DNA of 64,000 bases. It comes from Oscillospiraceae bacterium (GTDB lineage Bacteria; Bacillota; Clostridia; Oscillospirales; Oscillospiraceae). A program made the position numbers and the translations under genes. Under the pieces are notes generated by a model. The model did no database searches, was not told where the DNA came from, and saw only the letters and a program-made list of their open reading frames with translations. Numbering within the stretch: the first letter of the stretch is position 1; every line of letters starts with the position of its first letter. Below are positions 6,561-14,090 of this stretch, piece after piece. The stretch spans positions 1,132 to 65,131 of the forward strand of contig JBMNPV010000002.1 of assembly GCA_050943775.1 (NCBI GenBank), read 5' to 3'.

Positions 6561-8048
6561 TTACTTTCCCCCAGTAGAATAATCCATAATCTCTTTTGAA
6601 TCGGTATTCCGCGTTTCCAGTTCCGCGACAATTCTGCCCTCTTTCATAACATAAACTCTGTCGGTCAACTCAAGAATCTCGGCCATATCGGAAGACACGA
6701 GCAAAATGGCTGTGCCTTTTTCGGCAAAATCCATGATTTTGTTATAAATTTCGACCTTTGTTCCGATGTCGATCCCCCGCGTCGGTTCATCGAGAAGCAG
6801 TATTTCGGGTTCTGTTTCCGCAACTCTGGACAGGATAATTTTCTGCTGGTTTCCTCCACTGAGTTTCACAACTTTCTGGCAGCAGGAAGGCGTTTTGATC
6901 TTGAAATCGTCTATGGCACAGTCGGCACATCTGTCGATCTTTGCATTCCGGACAACGCCGCCGTGTGCCAGTCTATCGAGTACCGAGAGCACAATGTTTT
7001 CCTTCACCGTGCTCTCCAAAACAAGGCCCTCTTCCTTACGGTTTTCGGGAACGAAGGCAATTCCTTTTTTCAGCGCTTCCCTCGGGGAGCGGATCTTGCA
7101 GGGTTTTCCGTCCACCAGCAAGCGTCCGTATCGCACAGGGTATGCGCCGCAAATCGTCTTGAGCAGGTCCGAGCGTCCCGAGCCGACCAAGCCGGCGACC
7201 CCAACGATCTCGCCGGAATGCAGCTTGAGATGGATGTCGTGGATGAGCTTATTGCCGAGCCCTTCGGCGGCGAGCACTTCCGCGCCGATCTCCACCGTCC
7301 GTTTTGGATAAAACTGCTCAATTTTTCGGTTGACCATGGAGAATACAAGATCGTCCATGTTCCATTCGGAGGTCGCGCGGGTCTCCGCAATTTCACCGTC
7401 CCGCATAACTGTAATGCGGTCGGTGACCTGAAACAGCTCTTCCATCCGATGTGTGATGAAGATGATCCCATAGCCCTTGGCCTTGAGGTTCCGCATGGTA
7501 TCAAACAGCTTTTCCACATCTTCCCTGCCCAGCGAAGATGTAGGCTCGTCCATAATGAGGAGCTTTGCGTCTCTTGCGAGCGCTTTGCCGATCTCGACAA
7601 GCTGCTGCGTGCTGATGGACAGCTCCCCTACCTTTCCTTTGAGATCTAGTTCAAGGCCCAAGATATCTAAAATGGCCTGGCTCTTGCGGAAAAGGGTCTT
7701 ATAATCGATTTTTCCAGCATGCTGCGGCACCGCTCCAAGGAACAGGTTTTCCGCCACGCTCAATTCGGGAACCAGACTCAGTTCCTGATAGATAACGCTG
7801 ATTCCCATGTTGATCGCGGCGTTCGTATTTGGAATTTTTGTCTGTTCTCCGCAAAACTCGATCGTACCTTCATCCGGTTGGTATACGCCGCCCAGAATTT
7901 TTATAAGAGTGGACTTTCCCGCACCGTTTTCGCCGCTTAATCCGACGATCTCGTTAGGATAAACTGAAAAATCGACATTTTTAAGGGCTTTCACGCCGGG
8001 AAAACTCTTAGATACATTTTTGAGTTGCAGCATAGGATCGGCGCTCAT
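6561..8048 (-). CDS. sugar ABC transporter ATP-binding protein, duplicated ATPase (RbsA/MglA type)
   Basis: 495 aa. The first domain has Walker A GENGAGKST. A second ABC domain is present with LSGGNQQK and LLLDEPTRGID. Confidence 0.9.
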   Translation of the reverse strand: MSADPMLQLKNVSKSFPGVKALKNVDFSVYPNEIVGLSGENGAGKSTLIKILGGVYQPDEGTIEFCGEQTKIPNTNAAINMGISVIYQELSLVPELSVAENLFLGAVPQHAGKIDYKTLFRKSQAILDILGLELDLKGKVGELSISTQQLVEIGKALARDAKLLIMDEPTSSLGREDVEKLFDTMRNLKAKGYGIIFITHRMEELFQVTDRITVMRDGEIAETRATSEWNMDDLVFSMVNRKIEQFYPKRTVEIGAEVLAAEGLGNKLIHDIHLKLHSGEIVGVAGLVGSGRSDLLKTICGAYPVRYGRLLVDGKPCKIRSPREALKKGIAFVPENRKEEGLVLESTVKENIVLSVLDRLAHGGVVRNAKIDRCADCAIDDFKIKTPSCCQKVVKLSGGNQQKIILSRVAETEPEILLLDEPTRGIDIGTKVEIYNKIMDFAEKGTAILLVSSDMAEILELTDRVYVMKEGRIVAELETRNTDSKEIMDYSTGGK

Positions 8049-8082
8049 GTTATTCTACCTCCTGAGTGGGCTGCTTTCGATT

Positions 8083-9123
8083 TTATTTTCCTGTGCGCGA
8101 TCTCAGCTCATCCGCCCAAAGTCCAAAGTCCTGAACTTCCTTTGATGTGATGTTCTGTGTGGTGATCAGCATCTGCGGGGACTCCGTTGCTTTTTCCGGC
8201 TGAACGCCGTTTTTGACATAGTCATAGACCATTTGCACGCTCTTCATGCCCATGCTGATGGGGTTCTGCGAAATCGTCGCATCCATTCTGCCGTCACGGA
8301 CAGCCTGAATGCCCTCCGGGTTGCCGTCTATGCCGATGACAAAAATGTGTCTGGAGTCGTCCTGCGGATAGGAACGGTTCGCCTGCTCAATTGCTTTCAC
8401 CGCGCCGAGCGCCGTGTTGTCATTGGCGGCAAATACCGCGTCGATGGTCTCGTTTGCCTGCAAAGCATCCATCATCGCGTTCATTGACTTTTCCTGATCG
8501 AACTCGCAGTCCTGACGGAACACCACTTTGATATTCGGGTACTTAGCAATTTCTTCCATAAATCCGGAATCGCGATCCGCACCGGACGCTTGACTGAGCT
8601 TCCCGGCCAGATTCACAACGGTGCCCTTATAATCTCCATATTTTTCTTTAATGTGTTCCGCGATCGCGTCAGCCGCCGTTCTGCCGGCTTTGACATTGTC
8701 GGTGGCGTTTCGATTGATGATCTCGCCGCCGGCAGCATTGGTATCAATGATGAACACCGGAATATTCTTCTTGTTCGCCATCATAATCGACGGAACGATC
8801 CCGTTGCTGTCAATCGGATTTATGATGATCGCACTCACGTTCTGCGTGATGAAGTTCTGCATATTATCGGCCTGTACGCTGGCATCGCCGTTTGCATTGG
8901 CGACATTTACGGTAATGCCGAGTTCCTTGCCCTTGTCTGTCACGGCCTGATTAACGGCCGTCATAAATCCGGCATGGAACGAGCTGAGACAAACGCCCAC
9001 CGTAATCTTTCCATCCGCAGTCGAACCGCTCGGATCGCTCGTTGAAGCGGTGCATCCCGTTAACACAAAGCTAAGCACTAAAAAAGCCGCACATAGTTTT
9101 GCAAATGCTCCCTGTCTTCTCAT
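8083..9123 (-). CDS. sugar ABC transporter substrate-binding lipoprotein (RbsB / periplasmic-binding-protein type I)
   Basis: 346 aa. Signal peptide plus lipobox LTGC. Type-I PBP fold features are visible by eye. RBS AAAGGTGAGGGAG. Confidence 0.85.
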   Translation of the reverse strand: MRRQGAFAKLCAAFLVLSFVLTGCTASTSDPSGSTADGKITVGVCLSSFHAGFMTAVNQAVTDKGKELGITVNVANANGDASVQADNMQNFITQNVSAIIINPIDSNGIVPSIMMANKKNIPVFIIDTNAAGGEIINRNATDNVKAGRTAADAIAEHIKEKYGDYKGTVVNLAGKLSQASGADRDSGFMEEIAKYPNIKVVFRQDCEFDQEKSMNAMMDALQANETIDAVFAANDNTALGAVKAIEQANRSYPQDDSRHIFVIGIDGNPEGIQAVRDGRMDATISQNPISMGMKSVQMVYDYVKNGVQPEKATESPQMLITTQNITSKEVQDFGLWADELRSRTGK

Positions 9124-9505
9124 AACTCTCCCTCACCTTTCTTATTTTATTTGAACTGACCGCTTTACAAATGCCCTGGTTAAGGCTTTGTATTGCCCTG
9201 AATTATTTACAACCACATTCTATATCATTTCCGTTAATTTTTAAATAATATTGGGCTTTATTATCCATCAGTATTCAATATGGTTTGGGACGCAATTTAT
9301 AGTTTATATCTATATATTTAATTTTTTGTCTTTCCTTTTTGTTTATTCTATCATAATTCTTTATACGTGCAAGTATTTTTCGGGTCGTCAACTGTAAAAT
9401 CGCTCGAAAAGCTGTCACTATTTTACTAGGTCTTTCGGCAATCCACGCTCCCCTGCTGCTCGCTGCGTCAATGGTGTCTCCCTGCTGACACCTGCGTCAA
9501 ATGCG

Positions 9506-9534
9506 TTGACTTTACATCTGCCGAACTTTATAAT
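9506..9534 (+). promoter_or_regulatory. sigma-70-type promoter of the aldehyde dehydrogenase gene (TTGACT-N17-TATAAT)
   Basis: TTGACT 9506..9511, 17-nt spacer, TATAAT 9529..9534. Confidence 0.65.
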
Positions 9535-9578
9535 GCAGGGAGAATGAACGCCACACCACTGGAAACGGAGGTCCTCTT

Positions 9579-10940
9579 TTGAATATTGAAGAAATCGTTG
9601 CCGCACAGCGGCAGTTTTTTAACACTAGCCAGACGCGGGATATCGGCTTTCGCAAGACCATGCTCCGTCGGCTCCTGCGCGTCATCCGGGACAACGAGGA
9701 GCCGATCTACGCCGCTGTAAACGCGGACCTCGGCAAATCCCGCGCGGAAACCTATATGACTGAGATCGCAATGGTCACAGAAGAAATCGAGACCCAGCTC
9801 CGCCACGTTGACGCATGGAGCCGTCCCCGCACTGTGCCGGGCACGATGGCCACCTTCCCCTCCCGCAGCACGGTCTATGCCGACCCCTATGGCGTCGTTC
9901 TCATTCTCTCGCCATGGAATTATCCCGTCAATCTTGCGCTCACGCCGCTTGTCGGCGCGATTGCTGCGGGCAACTGCGTCGTTTTAAAGTGCTCGCGCAA
10001 CAGTGCGCACACCTCCGCCCTTTTGCAGCGTCTGCTCGCGCAGGCATTTCCGTCAAGCTATGTCTGCTGTCTCGACGCGGACTCGGATTATGACGAGATC
10101 TTAAATCAAACCTACGATTACATCTTTTTCACAGGCAGTCCGCGCGTCGGAAAGACCGTGATGCAGGCGGCAAGCCGGCACCTTACGCCTGTCTCTCTCG
10201 AGCTTGGCGGCAAAAGCCCCTGCATTGTTGACGAGTCCGCAAACCTCCCGCTCGCCGCGAAGCGCATCGTCTGGGGCAAATTTCTCAACGCCGGTCAAAC
10301 CTGCATTTCCATCGACTACATCCTTGTGCAGCGTTCTGTTAAGGATGCGCTGGTCGAGTGTCTTGTAGCCGAGATACAAAAGCGCTATGCAAACGCCGAA
10401 ACGAGCGACCGCTATCCGAATATCATCAACCGCCACCACTACGAACGGCTTTGCAAGCTGCTCGAAACGGAGGACCTTGTCATCGGCGGCGAGCGAAACG
10501 ACGACGCCATGAAAATCGCGCCCGCGATCCTTCCAGACGCGGACTTTGACCATGAGGTCATGCAGGAAGAGATCTTCGGGCCGCTTCTGCCCGTCATCCC
10601 CTATGACGAGCTGGGAGAAACGCTCGATATGCTCAAAGAAAAGCCCCGCCCGCTTGCCTGTTATTTCTTCTCGCAGAACGAAAGCGCGATCCGCCGTGTC
10701 ACCAGAGAATTCCCCTACGGCGGCGGCTGCATAAACGACACCATGCTGCACATCTCCAACAACCATATGCCTTTCGGCGGCGTCGGCAACAGCGGCATGG
10801 GCGCTTATCACGGACGGTATAGCTTCGACACCTTCAGCCGCAAAAAAGGCGTCGTCCGCAGCTGCGCAAACTTCGATCTGCCGCTGCGCTACGCGCCTTA
10901 CGACGCAAAAAAGCTCTGGCTTTTAAAGCATCTTCTTTGA
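9579..10940 (+). CDS. NAD(P)+-dependent aldehyde dehydrogenase, ALDH class-3 type
   Basis: 453 aa with a TTG start preceded by GGAAACGGAGG. Catalytic regions LELGGKSP and FLNAGQTCISIDY. Confidence 0.9.
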   Translation: MNIEEIVAAQRQFFNTSQTRDIGFRKTMLRRLLRVIRDNEEPIYAAVNADLGKSRAETYMTEIAMVTEEIETQLRHVDAWSRPRTVPGTMATFPSRSTVYADPYGVVLILSPWNYPVNLALTPLVGAIAAGNCVVLKCSRNSAHTSALLQRLLAQAFPSSYVCCLDADSDYDEILNQTYDYIFFTGSPRVGKTVMQAASRHLTPVSLELGGKSPCIVDESANLPLAAKRIVWGKFLNAGQTCISIDYILVQRSVKDALVECLVAEIQKRYANAETSDRYPNIINRHHYERLCKLLETEDLVIGGERNDDAMKIAPAILPDADFDHEVMQEEIFGPLLPVIPYDELGETLDMLKEKPRPLACYFFSQNESAIRRVTREFPYGGGCINDTMLHISNNHMPFGGVGNSGMGAYHGRYSFDTFSRKKGVVRSCANFDLPLRYAPYDAKKLWLLKHLL

Positions 10941-10993
10941 TTTGGCAGGTCCTCGCTTTTCTTTATTTCTAAGATTTAAAAACGCTTTTTAAA

Positions 10994-11036
10994 AACCAAA
11001 CGGACCTCTGCTTTTGCAGAGGTCCGTTTGGTTTTT
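10994..11036. terminator. bidirectional intrinsic terminator between the convergent ALDH and transketolase genes
   Basis: Perfect 18-bp stem aaccaaacggacctctgc / gcagaggtccgtttggtt with loop tttt. A-run on the left, T-run on the right. Confidence 0.9.
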
Positions 11037-11041
11037 ATTGC

Positions 11042-11980
11042 TTATTTCTTTCTTGTAAGCACCTTTTCAATACCGGCGGCGACGCCGTTTGCGTCCACAC
11101 CGTACTTTGCCAGAAGCTGCGCATACGGCGCGCTCTCGGTGAAGGTGTCACGGATACCCACAAACTCCGTCGGGACACCCGCCCCCGCCCAAGCGAGGAC
11201 CTCGCTGACCGCGCTGCCAAGTCCGCCATAGATGTTGTGCTCCTCGGCGGTGACGATCGCGCCTGTCTCCTCGGCGCACTTGATGATGAGTTCCCTGTCG
11301 ATGGGCTTTACGCTGTACATATCGACAACGCGGACAGAAACGCCCTTCTTTTCAAGCTCGTTTGCCGCCTCGATCGCCTTGTGGACCAGCAGGCCGCAGG
11401 CGATGACGGTGACGTCGCTGCCGTCGCGGACGATCGCACCCTTGCCGCATTCAAACTTGTGATCCGGCGCATAAAGATCGGGGTACACGTCGCGCGAAAG
11501 GCGGAGATAGAACGGTCCGTAAGTCTTTGCGGCATACTCTGTTGCCCAGCGGGTGCTGGTCGCGTCCGACGGAACGAGCAGGGTCATGTTCGGCAGCGCA
11601 CGCATGGCGGCCATGTCTTCCATCGCGTGGTGGGTCGTACCGTCCAGCGCGTCCGACATGCCGCAATAGGCGCCGCCGAGCTTGACATTCAGGTTGCCGT
11701 AGCAGATCTGCGCGCGGGTCGCAATGAGGCCGATGGTCGTGAGAAACACCGCAAAGGTGTTGACAAACGGAATTTTGCCCGTTGTGGAGAGGCCCGCCGC
11801 CGTTGCGACCATGTTGCTCTCCGCAATACCCATATTAAAGAAGCGGTCCGGAAATTTCTGACCGAAAATTTTACTCTTTGTGGAGCCGGACAGATCGGCG
11901 TCGAGTACGACGATGTCCTTGTTCGTCTCGCCAAGCTCGGCAAGCACGTTGCCGTAGACTTCTCGGATTGCCTGCGCCAT
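11042..11980 (-). CDS. transketolase, C-terminal subunit (pyrimidine-binding plus C-terminal domains)
   Basis: 312 aa, MAQAIREVYGNVLAELGETNKDIVVLDADLSGSTKS..., typical of split transketolases. Confidence 0.9.
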   Translation of the reverse strand: MAQAIREVYGNVLAELGETNKDIVVLDADLSGSTKSKIFGQKFPDRFFNMGIAESNMVATAAGLSTTGKIPFVNTFAVFLTTIGLIATRAQICYGNLNVKLGGAYCGMSDALDGTTHHAMEDMAAMRALPNMTLLVPSDATSTRWATEYAAKTYGPFYLRLSRDVYPDLYAPDHKFECGKGAIVRDGSDVTVIACGLLVHKAIEAANELEKKGVSVRVVDMYSVKPIDRELIIKCAEETGAIVTAEEHNIYGGLGSAVSEVLAWAGAGVPTEFVGIRDTFTESAPYAQLLAKYGVDANGVAAGIEKVLTRKK

Positions 11981-12810
11981 TATCTGTCACCTCCCAGTTC
12001 CGCCATCGCTCTTGCGAATTCCTCGTCCGAAATAGCCTTGCCGTGCCACGCGGCCTTGCCTTCCATAAAGGAAACGCCCTTGCCCTTGATCGTATCCGCG
12101 ATGATAACGGTCGGCACACCCTTGAAGGCCTGTGCAAGCTCAATGGACTTGTAGAGCGCCTGCAGATCGTGGCCGTCGCAGCGCACGACGTTCCAGCCAA
12201 ACGCACGCCACTTGGCAGGCAGATCGCCGATCGGCATGATCTCGTCCGTTGTACCGTCGAGCTGGACCTTGTTCCAGTCGACAATGGCGATAAGGTTGTC
12301 AAGGCCGAACTTCGGTGCGGACATTGCCGCTTCCCAGACCGTGCCCTCGTTGAGTTCGCCATCGCCCAAAACGGCGAATACGCGCGCGGGGCTGTTATTG
12401 AGCTTGAGGCCGAGCGCCATACCCTGCGCGGCGGAAAGGCCGATGCCGAGCGGGCCGGACGGCATTTCCACGCCGGGGGTGTGATTGGACGGATGGCCTT
12501 GAAGCTGACTGTCGAGCTTGCGGAGTGTTTTCAGGCTGTCCTTCGGCAGAAAGCCTTTTTCGATGAGGTTGCGATAGAGCATCGGAGCGACATGACCCTT
12601 GCAGAGCACCAGACGGTCGCGATCCGGGTCATTGGGTTTATTTGCGTCTACATTCATGATCTCCTGATACAGCAGCGTCAGGATCTCACACGCTGAGAGC
12701 GAACCGCCCGGATGGCCGGACTGTGCGCCGTGAATGGCTGTCAGCACGTCAACACGGAACTGACGGCACTGTTCGGTCAGCTCGGCGGCGCGCTCATTGG
12801 TAAGCGGCAT
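11980..12810 (-). CDS. transketolase, N-terminal subunit (TPP-binding)
   Basis: Contains HPGGSLS and GDGELNEG motifs. Start placed at MPLTNERAAEL (ATG 12810) with GGAGG 8 nt upstream. The longer ORF-track start (12846) overlaps the upstream gene. Confidence 0.9.
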   Translation of the reverse strand: MPLTNERAAELTEQCRQFRVDVLTAIHGAQSGHPGGSLSACEILTLLYQEIMNVDANKPNDPDRDRLVLCKGHVAPMLYRNLIEKGFLPKDSLKTLRKLDSQLQGHPSNHTPGVEMPSGPLGIGLSAAQGMALGLKLNNSPARVFAVLGDGELNEGTVWEAAMSAPKFGLDNLIAIVDWNKVQLDGTTDEIMPIGDLPAKWRAFGWNVVRCDGHDLQALYKSIELAQAFKGVPTVIIADTIKGKGVSFMEGKAAWHGKAISDEEFARAMAELGGDR

Positions 12811-12835
12811 TTTGATTTCCTCCAATTGTTGTTTT

Positions 12836-13795
12836 TTATTTTTCAACTACATTCTGAGGGGTTCCGTTTATAAAGGCGCGGAGATTTTCAGCGGCGATCT
12901 CGATAAGCCGCCGGCGGCTCTCGATTGGCGCCCAGGCGATGTGCGGCGTGATGACGCAGTTCGGAGCCGAAAAGAGCGGACTTGCGTTCTTTGGCGGCTC
13001 CTCGGAAAGCACATCCGCCGCAAAGCCGCTGAGGCGGCCGCTTCGAAGTGTTTGCGCAACATCTCCCTCGTTGACGAGTCCGCCGCGCGCGGTGTTGATG
13101 AGAAGCGCGCCGGGCTTCATGCGGGAGAGCGTCTCCGCGCAGATAAGTTCTCGGTTTTCCGCAGTCAGCGGGCAGTGCAGGGAAAGCACGTCCGCGTTTT
13201 GTAGGAGCGTCTCGAAATCCGTCATCTCCACGCCAACGATCCCGGATGAGGGTCGCGGATGTGCCGCGCAGGCGAGGACCTTCATCCCAAACGGTACTGC
13301 GGCGCGGGCAACGCCCTGTCCGATCCGGCCGAAGCCAACGACGCCGAGCGTCTTACCTGCGAGTTCCGTAAGCGGATAGTCCCAGTAGCAGAAGCAGTCC
13401 GACCGGGACCACTTCCCTTCAAGCACGCCGCGGCTGTGTTCGCCGGCATGTGCGCAGAGTTCCAGCAAAAGCGCAAACGTGTGCTGCACGACGGAGGGGG
13501 TGCTGTAATCCGGGATGTTGCACACCGTGATGCCCCGCTCGTGCGCAACCTGAACATCGATGTTATTATAGCCGGTTGCAAGCTCGCCTATATAACGGAG
13601 CTTTTCACAGGCATCCATCATCTGCGCCGTGAAAGAAAGCTTGTTGATGAGTACGGCATCCGCGTTTTTGATGCGTGCAGCCATCTCGCATTGCTCTGTG
13701 TTTTCATAGACACGGATATGCCCGAAGGCCGACAGCGGCTCCCATGAGAGGTCCCCGGGATTGACAGCGCGTCCTTCCAGAATCACGATCTCCAT
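12836..13795 (-). CDS. D-isomer-specific 2-hydroxyacid dehydrogenase (glycerate/hydroxypyruvate reductase-like)
   Basis: 319 aa. NAD-binding GVVGFGRIG and the C-terminal catalytic region ITPHIAW. Confidence 0.85.
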   Translation of the reverse strand: MEIVILEGRAVNPGDLSWEPLSAFGHIRVYENTEQCEMAARIKNADAVLINKLSFTAQMMDACEKLRYIGELATGYNNIDVQVAHERGITVCNIPDYSTPSVVQHTFALLLELCAHAGEHSRGVLEGKWSRSDCFCYWDYPLTELAGKTLGVVGFGRIGQGVARAAVPFGMKVLACAAHPRPSSGIVGVEMTDFETLLQNADVLSLHCPLTAENRELICAETLSRMKPGALLINTARGGLVNEGDVAQTLRSGRLSGFAADVLSEEPPKNASPLFSAPNCVITPHIAWAPIESRRRLIEIAAENLRAFINGTPQNVVEK

Positions 13796-13831
13796 AGGTT
13801 TCTCCGTTTTCGTAGAATTACATACCTAATA

Positions 13832-13860
13832 AGAATAGTACGTTTCCGTCGCCGCGTCAA
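13832..13860 (-). promoter_or_regulatory. candidate sigma-70-type promoter of the hydroxyacid dehydrogenase-transketolase operon (TTGACG-N17-TATTCT)
   Basis: Minus strand: TTGACG (13860..13855), 17-nt spacer, TATTCT (13837..13832), about 35 nt before the ATG. Confidence 0.4.
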
Positions 13861-14014
13861 GGCGGCTGGGCTGAAAAAAGGAAATTCCCCGCAAAAAGCG
13901 CCCTTGACGCTCCCTTCATACAGGCATGTGCGAATCTGGTTTTGCACTGCCGTACCAGATCGTTTCATTTTGTCAGAATATCGTCCGATCTCATGGAAAA
14001 TGCGGGTATTTTGC

Positions 14015-14043
14015 TTGATACGCCTTGTATTTTGTGATACAAT
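14015..14043 (+). promoter_or_regulatory. sigma-70-type promoter of the EBP gene (TTGATA-N17-TACAAT with TG extension)
   Basis: TTGATA 14015..14020, 17-nt spacer ending in TGa, TACAAT 14038..14043. Confidence 0.55.
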
Positions 14044-14090
14044 CATTGATAAATTGAGCAAATCTGCGTACTTGTGAAAGGACATTTTTC

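Noticed and set aside
6560-6631. N-terminal extensions in the ORF track for many genes
   Set aside because: The affected genes and their ORF-track starts are: permease 6631, transketolase N 12846, hypB 16063, GGDEF 20584, thioesterase 21654, livF 22488, ABC ATPase 27378, oppD 31831, oppA 35756, TetR 36063, membrane protein 36757, ZnuA-like 51932, gdhA 53393, lysine-rich protein 54933, spoIVA 62527 and SASP 62714. In each case an internal ATG or GTG has a properly spaced purine-rich RBS. That internal start also fits a signal peptide or conserved N-terminus, or avoids overlap with the upstream gene. I therefore used the shorter starts.
9161-9178. Sigma-54-like element GGGCAT-TTGTA-AAGC upstream of the sugar ABC operon
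   Set aside because: The GG-N10-GC spacing is correct, but the -12 element is AAGC instead of TTGC. The GGGCA part also belongs to a duplicated CAGGGCA heptamer, so a repeat-type operator is the more economical explanation.
9261-9269. DnaA-box-like TTATCCATC in a very AT-rich stretch
   Set aside because: It is a single 7/9 match with no cluster of boxes and no dnaA or dnaN context, so there is no evidence for a replication origin.
13944-13957. Sigma-54-like element TGGTAC-GGCAG-TGCA on the minus strand, upstream of the dehydrogenase-transketolase operon
   Set aside because: GG and GC are separated by 9 nt, not the invariant 10 (compare TGGCAC-N5-TTGC). The + strand reading of the same palindrome (TGGTTTTGCACTGC) has the same one-nt deficit. 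It is therefore not a credible -24/-12 promoter without experimental support.
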